A stretch of DNA of 64,000 bases from Octopus vulgaris (GCA_951406725.2 OX597814.1:36704001-36768000), one strand, 5' to 3'; counted from the stretch's first letter, positions 27,885-41,471 are shown. Notes: generated by a model not told the origin, from the letters alone. Numbers and translations: made by a program.

Positions 27885-28220
27885 ATATATTATATAATAA
27901 TATAAATAAAATATAAATATATGCATATATACATACATATATGTGCATACCTACTTCATATATATGTACATATACATACATATATGGGTACAGGACATTA
28001 AAAAAGTAGACAGAATGAGAAATGAAAACATAAACAAAAACAGAAAACGACCCTTTTTTCGAACAACGAAACGAAACAGAGAAACGAGACATGGAACATA
28101 AAGAACATTCCCTTCATCACTTGTCCCCTGTTTTATCTACCCCGCGTCCCGAAGGTAAGGACAATACGCGACTTCGTTAAAGCGGTCCTTCCCGCAAAGC
28201 AAATTAAATAAAATTTGGGA
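27687..28220 (-). mobile_element. Two copies of pLTR-like family B (about 27687-27812 and 27895-28220) separated by (TA)n
   Basis: Mutual similarity and similarity to 21084-21348; degenerate scrambled hammerhead motifs at 27704-27766 and 28109-28171. Confidence 0.6.
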
Positions 28221-29094
28221 TTTTTTGCGGAAGGTGAAATTGGTATCAAAAACAGGACAGTGAGACTAAGACAGTAAAAACAAAGAGTAAAGGCTGTTAA
28301 GCCAAGACGATGTGAAGATAATGAACGCTGGAAAACGAGCTTTGAGAATAGACGAGCATTAAGGAATTACGAAATCACTTGCGATCTGTCTATGTTTGGA
28401 TGCTGTAGGTAGCTTGCTCCCCTTGTTAGTCTTAAGATAAGTATTTTCTTGGAGCTATGAATTGTTTTAACTCTTATTTCAAGCAATACAGGGGTTAACT
28501 AGTACCCTTCGTGACTTTATTGACGTCTATATTTCTGCCTTTCGGTTGTAAATTGCGGATAAACCACGCTTCTTGCCTAACCGAAAATGTACTCTAGAAA
28601 CGGCTGTCGAATGGATTTCCTCTAATAACGGGACTTAATCGTGAATTCTTAATCCTTAGTTATAAATTTTTGAAATGTTCCAGTAAAGTAGTTATTTGCT
28701 CTCTGGACTGTCTTAGCTTTTTATCTTATATAATTTATATATGTTGTATCTTTTTGTATAGGTCGTTTATCATTTTATTTTCAATCTCTATTTCTACTTT
28801 CTTTTGCACTCACCATATTTATAACTCGCATATTTTTAGGTTCTTTTAAGTTATATTTTTATTGATATATTTATGCTATGTTTTTATATATAGAGATTTG
28901 TATTGATATGTATTAATATAGATTAATATATATGTATTCAAAAAATATTTCTGAAGCTTTACGTTTACGTGCTTTCCGTTTCGGAATTCCCTGATTGACC
29001 TAAACTCTGTTTCTGAGTTTACCTCTTCAATAATCGTTCGTCTCGGACTAATTCTGAGCACTTCATCAGTCACAGCCCATATATCTCGAAAGAA

Positions 29095-29163
<69 letters not shown>

Positions 29164-29815
29164 AAATATTAGGGAATAAATCCAAATTTACAGGGAAAAA
29201 TCAGATTTAGGATTGAATCCAATTTTATAGTAAAATATAATATAATATTAATTAGAGACAAATCAAACAAAGAAAGACTTAATCCAATACATAAAAAATT
29301 TTATATAAATTAAATATACTCTTATAATATCAATATAAGATATAAAATAATATACATTATTTAAATTATTTAAATAATATAGTAAAAAGAAATAAAAGGA
29401 AGTATTAATTATCTATTCTCATTGAACAAATGATATTTTAAATGTCCATTCTTATTGAACAAGTATACGTTCTTGCTTTCATGCAATCTTCAGGTTCATA
29501 TGGTTGTGGTGACAGTTGTGTTCATTGGTTTCAACAGTGGTTGACTGGTTAAATTTTGTCCTTTATATACATTCCTGTGGATAGAAGTAGTAGTTGCTCG
29601 AATATTTTAAAAAAATGATCCCATACCATTTTTCAGTGTTTATTTTTTTAGAAATGATGACAGCAGTACTTTATAGAAATTTTTCATTTTTAGATTTGAT
29701 GATAAGACTTTTAAGCCATAAATAAGATTATTTTTTATCGTTGTTTATTAAGTTTAGGTTTGAATTTATTAATAAAGTACAATTCTCTCGATTTCATTCG
29801 GATTGTATAGATTAT

Positions 29816-29854
<39 letters not shown>

Positions 29855-29882
29855 ATATATAAGTATGTATGTATGTATACAC

Positions 29883-29917
<35 letters not shown>

Positions 29918-29918
29918 A

Positions 29919-29950
<32 letters not shown>

Positions 29951-30179
29951 GTATGCATGTATGTATGTATACACTCGCACACACATATACATAAATACAC
30001 GCTTATATTAAAAAAGGGTGGTAGTCAGTATTTTGGATCGTTTTTCTATTTGGTCTGTTTTCTCATTCATCTAAACGAAAGTGCTAATAAAGAACTTATC
30101 CAAAACGCTGACTACCTCCTTGTTCTTTACATATAAAATCTGTACATCACTCCAGTCTCTGCATATGCGTACATTTATG

Positions 30180-30285
<106 letters not shown>

Positions 30286-30286
30286 T

Positions 30287-30335
<49 letters not shown>

Positions 30336-31275
30336 AAGAAAGAGATAGTGAGAGAAGATTGAAATACAATATATGTCTTGAACAGAAATTTAAGAAAAAC
30401 AATGGTAAATTAAACTTAAGATAAGTTTATTCAGTAACATCATGTTTTATTTTCTATGTTTATGTATCTATATTCGTGCTTATTTGTCTAAGGTTGATGA
30501 TGTGTATGCTTGCGAATGTAAGTGTATGTTCACATATATCTTGTTTGCGTGTCTCTACGCTGTGGGTGTGTACTTGCAGCAGGTGTTTGTCAAAGTCTTC
30601 TCCTATGATTAAAGTTCCGAATTGTTTAAAAACGCTGAATATTGTTTTTTAATATTTAAAATCCTTTGTTTGGTAAGAGAAAGATAAATGAAAAAATAAC
30701 AGTTTGAGAAAATGCCCAAGTTATACAAAAAAAAAACAACAAGAACTGATTTTTGATATAAAAGTTGAAGAAAGAAAAATAGGCAATACATAATTAAATA
30801 GTATTTGAAAAATGAAATGTCTTGCAATGTATTTATTATATATGATGAAAACAGTTGTGATTATCAGAATGCAAAACTCGATGGTGGTGGTGATGCTGAA
30901 AAATGATTATGATTATCAGAATGGAAAAAATGACAATAATGCTGATAATAATGTTGAGAGTAATGATGTTGATTACGAATATGATAATTTAAAAAATAGT
31001 AAAATATATGGTACTGGTAGTGATATATGTGGTGATGCAAAAAATAAACATGACAAGCATGCGCCGGGGCTTGTTGGTAATTTTGGATTTTATAGTTGAA
31101 ATCGTTATTTCGTTCGACAAATTCTCAGCGACGTTTTTCCTACGCTTTAGTTTTCTTAGTTCAAATTCCGCCAAGTCCGACTTTCCCCTTAGCCTTTCGA
31201 GGTCGATAAAGTAAGTACCAGACAAGGACTGAGGTCAAAGTAATCGACTAGCCTCTCACCCAAATTAGTAGAAAG

Positions 31276-31312
31276 CATCATTATTATTATTACTATTATT
31301 ATTATTATCATC

Positions 31313-31368
<56 letters not shown>

Positions 31369-31369
31369 T

Positions 31370-31431
<62 letters not shown>

Positions 31432-31462
31432 TATTATTATTATTATGGTTATTATTATTATT
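31276..31462. repeat. (ATC)n/(ATT)n microsatellite following a decayed family-2 SINE (about 31100-31275)
   Basis: Direct. Confidence 0.9.
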
Positions 31463-31469
31463 TCCTTTT

Positions 31470-31752
31470 ATTACAGGTTTTGTTAGAATCCCTGGAGTAT
31501 TGTATGCGTAGTGGGCTTACTACCTGCAACCTACGGTTCTATAATTTTCGTTCTTCTCAGCTATCTAATACATTACTGATTCTTGCCGTGCTAAGGTGGC
31601 AAAACTTTTGTAACAGTTCTACTGGGCACTCTATTCCAATTTCCTTGAGATTCCTCTTGGTGCCTTCTGCTACTGTTCCCAAAGATCCAACAATAACTGG
31701 CACTATTTTCACCTTTATTTTCCATAACCGGGTTATTTCGTACTTAAAAGGC
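31470..31752 (-). mobile_element. 3' end of an REL-endonuclease (R4/Dong-like) LINE
   Basis: KYEITRLWKIKVKIVPVIVGSLGTV..VELLQKFCHLSTARI; flanked by trinucleotide arrays. Confidence 0.75.
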
Positions 31753-31755
31753 TTT

Positions 31756-32047
<292 letters not shown>

Positions 32048-32529
32048 AATGAGAGAGCAGTGCATGCCATCAAAGTGGCACTGGGGTAAAATATACGAAG
32101 CCCAGTATACACATCATAGCTACCCGTCTGATAAGAGTACACCAGGTACATGCATCCCAACCAGATGTGCGCGACATGGTGATCTCATATCAAGATAAAC
32201 AGCGCATGACCTTGCAGTAGGGATCCAGTTAGAATCTCCTTCAGGATGAGTAGCCCATCCTGCTCAATAGGTCCCATTATCATTATCATTGCTGCTACAG
32301 TTAGGTGTTTGTTGGTGGTGGTGGTGTCGTGGCTGGTGTTGTTGTCAATGTTCGTCTATCGACAGGTGCTGCACATTGCTTCTGCAAGATTTTGTTATCT
32401 CTATTGTTACATAGATAAAGTAACCAGGAACTTAGGGAACGGGTTCTTCTCAATCTGTAGCCCTTAGGGGCTAATTCGTTGTTTGTTTAGGGCTGCTACG
32501 GGCCTCAATTTGAATTGATGTTTCTAGAA

Positions 32530-35162
32530 AGATGATGAACGAGGATTATTCGCCTGCTGAAAAGAACAGCCGGTCATCCGCAAAGCAGAACAAACAAGAC
32601 AGTGACAGCATTACCAGCAAAACAGCAGTAGCAGCTGCAACCACAACAACAACAACAACACCAACAACAACAGAGACGACAATAATGTTTCAGCTGCATC
32701 CAACACAACCTTCACGATCACAGGAACAAAAGAAATCAATAACAACAAAAATCAACATCAGTAAGAACACTACTACCTCCACCACCACCACCGTCACCAG
32801 TAGCAACAGGAAACCTACAACCACCAACACCAACATAATTGACAAAAACGTCAACAAAGGAAACTAGTCAAACACACCAATTCTCGGTGACTTAGCGCAA
32901 GCGACAAGGCAAGTAAGCGAAGATAGTTTTATCAACGAAAATAAATTGAAAAGTGCAAAATGTATGTTGGAAAAAATTTGGGAGAAATGTGACACTAAAT
33001 ATTCATAGATCGATCCAGCAAGAAACGAATTTACGAAGTGTTTTATGTAAGACAATTGAAGAAAAGTGTAGAAGAGTAGAACATGCAACAAAGTGTAGAA
33101 GAGTAGAACATCAAATTGAAAAGTGTTTACGACCAATTCGGGAGAGCAAAACTTATATAGCCAAGGGTAAAAAATATGTGACTGTCGAAATGAGGTTTGT
33201 TTCTGAAAAGAATGCGGAAAAATTATTCAAAAGCCACCCTAACGGGTGATGAATTCATTCTCATCCCCATCTACCTTAGCCGAAAGGTATTCAAAATGAG
33301 AATATTAAATATATCACTAGAAATAAACATCTGCTGGCTGGTGGCTGTTACTCTCTACGCATTGAAGAGAAAAACTACTCTTCTGCAGAAATAGAAAACG
33401 CAGAAGCAGAACTGGTTAGAGCAGTGCATGGAATTATAAGTATAGGCAGATTCTCTAAACCGTCGAGGCCATTTCAGATTCCATACGCCTACCAGATAGC
33501 CAAAGTTTCACGTAGCTATTGAGTGCAGAAGGCCGAGATGTTACCAGTTTGGGGACACAAATAACCTCAAAGATTTCTGCCCACAACAAAAGAGAGAAGG
33601 GAGCGCCCCGTTTGTGTCTACACATCCACCACCACCACCACCACCACCACCATCAAGACCAACACAACCAGGACCACCACAACCACCACTACCACCACGA
33701 CCACCAAAACAGCAACAACACCACCAACATCATCAACAACACCAACATCAACAACATCATCAACAACAACATCAACATCAACAACAACAACAACAACAAC
33801 AGCAACAACACCAACATCATCAACAACAACAACACCAACATCAACAACATCATCAACAACAACAACATCAACATCAACATCAACAGCAACAATAACAGCA
33901 ACAATAACAGCAACAACACCAGCAGAGGCAGGTGATCACGATAGCCGCCCAAAAAAAAGCAGTAATAGTAGCAGCAACAATAATCATAGCAACACCAAGA
34001 ACAGTAGCAGGAACTACAGCAACAACAAAATTGAAAGCAACAGCAACAAGCGGAGTAGATAACTCACCGACATCTATGGCTTCTACATACAAGCGAGATG
34101 TGCCATGTGGTGGTGGTAAAATGTCAGAAGGTCAAAGAAAAGAAAAAGAAAAACATTCAAGATAAAAATCTGACACGTATGACCACAGGGGGTAAGACGT
34201 CTTTTAGAACAAATACACAGACACTGATCCCATCAGCTGCTACACCAGTACCGTCAGCAATAACATCATCTCCATCACGACCATCACCACCACAAATGTC
34301 AAAGACACCATCATGACAAGCCCAACACAATTCACACATACGAATCTTATATCGCACATCCTAAAACCAACAAAATTCAAACATTATTAACTACTCAGCA
34401 ATAAACACGCACAATAAAGAACAGATGGGACACACATATAACCATACAGACATCACACACAGCGATTTTATCAAACCGAAAAAAAACACCGCAACACACA
34501 TAGAAGCCACCCTAACATCACAAAATACATACAACACCATAACAACTAAAATAACCTGAAGGAGTAGAAGTTTTCAGGACAAATATCAATAAAAGAGTAT
34601 ATACAGTATATAACTGCTTGTCAAAACTTCCACATATGGCCATGGGAAAGAATCATCCAACCCCACCTTGCTTGCAAAATGAAAGTAACATTCCCGGGTC
34701 TATTCATTATTCTGACATAGCCTTACTTAAGATAGGCAGTATAAATCCACGATGCCTGGGGTCGTCTTTGAAAGAATTCCATCAAATCACCACATATAGA
34801 TATAGTGGCTATCAGTAAAACTAGACTCTCTGACCGACAAGCGATCATTCCCATTTTCGGTGGATAAAATATATATATTTATCTCCATGTCAACCGGGTA
34901 CGCGAGGTGGAGCCGCTGGACGGAGGACCTGTCGAATTGCTCGTGGTCTGGTTTGGTCCAGATCTCCAGGTGGAGAAGAACTGGGACGATGTGACAAGCA
35001 AGGTAGCTAATCTCAACCAGAAATGAACTGAGAGAAAGCTATCCTTGAAAGTTTAGGCAGGGGTGGCGAATGCTTACGTCGCCTCCGTCATATATTACTT
35101 CCTGGCCGTTCTGATCTGTCCCAGATTACGTCTGACTAAACTGGTGCGCGTACTCTTCTGCT
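32530..35162 (+). mobile_element. Decayed Tx1/L1-type LINE: ORF1 with zinc knuckle, APE endonuclease start, deletion, post-RT region
   Basis: RRPRCYQFGDTNNLKDFCP (about 33527-33583); LKIGSINPRCL (about 34725); GPVELLVVWFGPDLQVEKNWDDVTSKV..RKLSLK..ANAYVASVIYY (34925-35100). Confidence 0.65.
33626..33925. repeat. (CCA/CAA/CAT)n cryptic trinucleotide tract inside the LINE relic
   Basis: Direct; it gives the poly-P/Q/H and poly-N ORFs. Confidence 0.9.
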
Positions 35163-36878
35163 TTTGTTTTGCTCGTATTTTGTTGCTATTGGCACCAGTT
35201 TTCTTTGATTCTGAGTTAGATATTCTGTAATCCTATGGTAGTCATTTTATAGTAGATTTCCAGTTGTATAATGCCTCTTCCTCCTTCAATTCGTTGTATA
35301 TATAGCCTTTCTAGGTTAAATGTTGAGTGGTGCATCATAAATTCTGCATCATTTTTCTTGTTCTGTAGTCTATTTTGGTTAGTTCATTTAGTGTCCAATT
35401 AAGAATATTGTAATTATAACTTACAACTGGGACAACGAGAGTATTGATACATAATAACTTGTTTTTTACATTGTTTTAAGTATTAATCAAACTCGTCTAT
35501 AGTATTCTTTCCTTATCTTCTCTTTCATGTGTGTGTGTTGTACCGTGTCTTGTTTATTGATTCCTAAGTAATTATATATCTGGCTTTGGTTTAATTTTGT
35601 TATTTCATCTTCTTTATTTCATTTTCTTTATCTACTCTTGACTAGTTTTCGCTCTTTCAAGGTTGCTTTGGCACATTTTCCTACGCCGAATTTCATGTTT
35701 ATTTCTTAAGTAAATCCATGCACTGTGGAGGCGCAATGGCCCAATGTTTAGGGCAGCGGACTCGCGGTCATAGGATCGCGGTTTCGATACCCAGACCGGG
35801 CGTTGTGAGTGTTTATTGAACGAAACACCTAAAAGCTCCACGCAGCTCCGGCAGGGGATGGTGGTGGTCCCTGCTATACTCTTTCACCACAACTTTCTCT
35901 CACTCTTACTTCCTGTTTCTGTTGTACCTGTATTTCAAAGGGCCGGCCTTGTCACTCTCTGTGTCACGCTGAATATCCCCGAGAACTACGTTAAGGGTAC
36001 ACGTGTCTGTGGAGTGCTCAGCCACTTACACGTTAATTTCACGAGCAGGCTGTTCCGTTGATTCGGATCAACCGGAACCCTCGTCGTCGTAACCGACGGA
36101 GCGCTTCCATTCCATAAATCCATGCACTCTATGTAGTAATGTTTTCTGTAGTTTATGATTTGCAGTATAGTTTCAGATTACCCATATACAAGAGATGGTT
36201 GTGGTTTTACCGTAGTAGTTGTATCCACATGCAGTTCTGTTTAACATGTCAGTTAAAAGCCTCAGTATCAGGTGGAAAAGAATTGCAGAGATCTATCTTC
36301 TTCGAATACTCCTGTTCTAATGGCGATGGCCTGAGTTTTTATGAGTGCCTCTTTTGTCTGGAGCTGCATCATTGTTTGTCATTTATTCATGGCATGTTTT
36401 ATATATTCTATTATTGCTGGTGCTACCTTGTTAATGGCTAGTGTTTCTAGGGTCCACACTAGAAAAACCTTTCGATAATTGATCCAAACCATGTTTAGAC
36501 GCTTCTTTGTTATTTCGGCTGTCTTCAGTTTTGGCTTACTTGATCAATAACTTATCTTTACAGCCATGTGAGCCGCCTTTGCGGCATCCCTTCTGCTCCT
36601 CTGGAAACAAGTTGTTTTCTTTCAGTTTTCTTTTCATTCTCTGCAATATTTTTGTAGTTAAGGCTTTGTAAGGTGTAGCGAGACATGTTATGGGTCTGTA
36701 ATTTTGTGGGTTTGTCGTTTCAGTGGATTTGGGAATTAAGATGATTAAGATGATTTTTCCCAAAGTGTTGGCACAGCTTCCAGTGTGTATAACTGTCACG
36801 TCTTTGGATATATTCTTTCTTAACCAGAACTGTGTATCCAGAAAGAATGTGGTTTATGGTTTCTTCCCCCATCACCTC
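35163..36878 (-). mobile_element. R4/Dong-like LINE relic (RT region), deleted, rearranged and interrupted by a SINE
   Basis: LIPKSTETTNPQNYRPITCL, LFPEEQKGCRKG; colinear with parts of 62300-63000. Confidence 0.85.
35725..36114 (+). mobile_element. SINE family 3 with 14-bp target-site duplication
   Basis: TSD taaatccatgcact at 35711-35724 and 36115-36128; tRNA-like head shared with 63670. Confidence 0.9.
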
Positions 36879-36879
36879 A

Positions 36880-36936
<57 letters not shown>

Positions 36937-36939
36937 TAT

Positions 36940-38527
36940 TTCTATAACGTGCTTTCACTGCACTACGGACTGCAGTTCTGTGCGCCCTGGGTATTTGCCG
37001 TGGTTTGTTGTGAGGCTGTGTTTTGTTGTGTTACTGTATTGTTGTGTTACTGTATTGCAAATGTTTTACGTAGAATGTGTGGGGTGTCTGGTAGTGCTAT
37101 TTTCTGTATATTACACATATTTGTTAGTCCTGGTGTTTTTGTTATGTATTTGTCTGAATATTTTTTGTATCATGCCTAATGCACCTACTATGATAGGAAT
37201 TGTTTCTGTTTTTAGATTCCACATTCGAGTTACCTCTATTTCTAGGGCTTTGTATTTTGAAGGTTTCTCCATTTCTTTTTGAGACACGCATTTTTCTTGT
37301 TTTCCTGTCTATTTTGATCAGTTCATTTAGTGTCCAGTTAAGGATATTGTAGCTGTAACTTATAACTGCGACGGCTAGTGTTGATACCTATTATCTTGTT
37401 TTTCGCATTGAGCCCTGTTTTGAGTATTAATGTATTTCGTCTGTTGTATTCCGTTTTTTATTTTCTCTTTCATTATTGTGTGTGTTGTGTCGTATCTAGT
37501 TCATTCATTCCTAAATATTTGTATCTGGCTTTTGTCAAATTCTAGTTTTCCTCTTTTCAAGGTTGCTTTGGCATACTTTTCTAAGCTAAATTTCATATTT
37601 ATTTCTTTGATAAATCCATGTACTGTCTGTAGTAATATTACCAGCTGTTTATCATTTGTAGTGTGCAGTTTTAGGTCATACATATATAAGAGGTGGCTGA
37701 TTGTTTTGTCGTAACAGTTGTATCCGCATGTCAAAAAAGATATCAATGCCAAGCAGAAAAGGAATGTTCCTCTTCTAATAGCTATGGTTTCTATGAGTCC
37801 CTCTTTTGTCTGGAGCTGTAGCACTGTCTGCCATTTATTCATGGATTGTGTTATATATTTTATGATTATTGGCGCTACTTTGTTCATGGCTAGTGTTTCT
37901 AGGATCCATGTGTGGAGAATACTATCAAAAGCCTTTTGGTAATCGATCCAGGCTATACTTAGACCCTTCTTTATGCGGCTGATCCCTTGCAGCGTTCATT
38001 CTGCTCTTCTGGAAACAGTTTGTTTTCTTCAGATGCTTGCTCATTCCCTGCGATATTATTGCTGTAAAGGCTTTGTAAATTGTAAGGAAACAACTTATTG
38101 GTCTGTAATTTTGTGAGTTTGTGGCTTCAGTGGATTTGGGAATTAGGATGGTTTTCCCTTCCGTTAACCACTCAGGCATTATCTCTGGCTCTGCTAGTAT
38201 GTCATTAAATATCTCAACCAGATTTTATGTGTGCCTGTTAGGTATTTTAACCAGAACTTAGGATCTTATCGTGCTCAGGTGCCTTCCAGTAGCTTAGTTT
38301 TTGCAGTGCCTGGGTGACTTCTTCAGTTGTTATAGGGGTCCAAAGTTGTTCCTTCACCGACCTTCTAACATTCTTCCACTTGTTCTGCTGTTGGTGCTGC
38401 ATTGATGTCTATTTTATTGTTGCCAAGTTCTAGGTAGAATCTTCTCATAAACGTTGACGTTTCTCATACCGACGTATTCTTTGTGCTGTGGCGAGGATAT
38501 CTTGCTTTAGCCGTTCCATTACCTCAG
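36940..38527 (-). mobile_element. R4/Dong-like LINE copy with internal deletion, 3' end in (TTA)n
   Basis: MPEWLTEGKTILIPKS..NYRPISC, ISHLLYMYDLKL; 3' region matches about 61070-61400. Confidence 0.88.
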
Positions 38528-38714
38528 GTTGTTGCTGTTGTTGTTGTTGTTGTTGTTGTTGTTGATCTTCTTCTTCTTCTTCTTCTTATCATTATTATTA
38601 TTATTATCATTGTTGTTGTTGTTGTTATTATTATTATTATTTTATTGTCTTTGCACAGTCTCTATTGCTGGTGATGTTCTACGGCGTCAGCTGTTCACTA
38701 TCAATGAACTAAGG

Positions 38715-38865
38715 TAACTCTCCATGTTTTCTGAGCACCATCCGGAGCGGTTCCAAGCAGTGCTGTTTTCTCCAAGTGTTCCATCCATATTATAACCCCT
38801 ATTTGTTCCATGTGCTTCTCAAGATTTTTACTCATGGTTCCTGTGGCTCCGACTATTAATTAATA
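38715..38865 (-). mobile_element. Short 3' fragment of another REL LINE
   Basis: IIVGATGTMSKNLEKHMEQIG..LEKTALLGTA; next to (TTA)n at 38890-38980. Confidence 0.6.
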
Positions 38866-38908
38866 AGCCTCCGACAATTAATTTTTATTGTTATTATTAT
38901 TATTATCA

Positions 38909-38977
<69 letters not shown>

Positions 38978-40514
38978 TTTATGACTCTTTCAGGCGTATC
39001 ATGTTAAGTGCCACTTTGGATATTATTTCAAGGAGTAACTGTTATGGAACCTTATGGATCTGTACCCAATAAAGAATTTACGTGAAAGGCTGGTTTAAAT
39101 AAAAATAAAATTTTCATTCTATGCTCTAACTCTAAGGCAAAAAATGGCTACATGCTTTCGGGGAAAAGTTGAAAAAGCGAATAAAACTGATGTAAGGAAA
39201 CAGCTTCAGAAAAAGGAAATGAATCTTATATCATGTATTAATGAATAGGAACACACATACATATGCGCGCGAACTTACACACAGTCACTCGCGCGCACAC
39301 ACATATACATACATACTCACAGATGTCCAAAAATGAAGCGATCTTTAAACCTAAAACCATAACATGGCTGACAATAATAATTTTTTTTTCGTGGCGTAAA
39401 GACTTAATCCCATCTTCGGTTTAACAACAACAACTGGCTTTGTTACAATAAAATAGCGCTCTTAAAGCATAAATTCTAATTCCTTTTTTCGAATCTCGGA
39501 CTGTCCGATGAATTCCATCAATACCACATCTAGCATTAGTAGAACCATTCAAGTTAAACCGCTATAATCCGCATGATTGCGTTACTACCGCATTTGGAAA
39601 TGAGGTGCTTTTATAACCAAATACTTGAGACTACTTTCACAAAGGAATTGACTATGTAATGCATTGATAAATCATTATCCAGCGACACAATAGATCATTA
39701 TGCATAACAGTAGTTTCTTTTATCACTTCTGCGATATCTCTTGTTCACCTGAAGCTAGGATACTGCTAAACATCACCGATTCCCTAATTCACTAAACTAT
39801 ATACACTGCTCCGTTATATCTCTTTCCTAAAACTTCACGCTAAATATCTCACACTATATTTTCTCCTCTGACACAATTAAAATTTTCCCTACAGTAACCA
39901 ATTGTATTAACCACACATGCAAGGGAAGCCCTTCCCATGTAAACACAGCTGGGGTATCTTCTAAATCCTCCTAAAATTCGCGGAAAAGATATCTATTTTA
40001 ATTTGAGCTTGTTCTGTAGATAATATTTCTACCAGAACTACTAGTGATATCAGTTGAGCAATAGCGTATAGATGATTGTTGGCATAATACTGAGGAAGAT
40101 ATCTTATCACCTTAGAAGAAATTTTGTATGAATAGCTTTTCGAAAATTACAATCATCGCTCGCGCGCACATACACTCCCGCAGGGACATACACACACACA
40201 GACACACACGCAAACACAACGCACACGCAGAGAACACACGCTCACACAATACAAAGTCTCTCAAGAGTGCATATGTGTGTTGTGCGTGTGAATTTGTGTG
40301 TGTGTGTATGTGTGCATAAGACAGAGAGAGAAAGAGCAGGAAGGGGTGAGAATGTATGGATGTCAGTATAATGTTGTTTAGTATGTGTTTAGCGTTTACT
40401 CCTCCGTCACCTTCGTTCAATGTGTGTTACTTTTATCTAAAATTGTCTGTCCATTTCTATGTTACATTATTTTACCGTATCCATATGTACGTATATGTAG
40501 GTTTTCATATATAT

Positions 40515-40587
<73 letters not shown>

Positions 40588-40637
40588 AGTATGTATGTAT
40601 ATATAGATATATATACATACATACATACATACATACA

Positions 40638-40673
<36 letters not shown>

Positions 40674-40882
40674 TACCTATATAAAATCACACAGTGCATA
40701 TTTATATTTTTGTATTGTTCTATCTATATTTTAGCTAATCTTTCTCTCTTTACCTATGTTTACAATACTGATTTCGTTCTTTTTCGTATTATCTCTTAGC
40801 AATAAGGTATTACATAAAGATTCCTGTTATTATGAATAACTTTTAGAAAAATCTATATTTTCAATATTGTTATTGACGTTCA

Positions 40883-40939
<57 letters not shown>

Positions 40940-40941
40940 CA

Positions 40942-41017
<76 letters not shown>

Positions 41018-41030
41018 CATTATTATTATT
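40883..41030. repeat. (ATT)n microsatellite
   Basis: Direct. Confidence 0.95.
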
Positions 41031-41334
41031 ACTATTTTCGGCAAAAAAAGAAAATAACAATAACAAAATGAGTGATGTATATTATAATCTCACGCAATCA
41101 TTTATATTGATAACATATGTGTATGTGCGTGTACACGGGCTTGGGCATATTGATGTATGTGTGACTATAGTTTAGACACGTTTTCTCTCTATATGTTTGT
41201 GAAGTTTAACACGGCTGTATATCATGTTATTTGTGCGTTTACGTATTCATAGGTTTCTATGAAATCTTACATTTATGTAAGTATAGATACACACAAATAC
41301 TCACACACACATACGCATACATACATACACACAC

Positions 41335-41365
<31 letters not shown>

Positions 41366-41408
41366 AGTAATACTAAGTAATTAAGGGTTTAGCAACGAAT
41401 TGCCTCAC

Positions 41409-41471
<63 letters not shown>

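Noticed and set aside
35725-35800. tRNA-like sequence (also at 9150, 46043, 63670)
   Set aside because: These are SINE heads continuing into SINE bodies; no complete cloverleaf could be built
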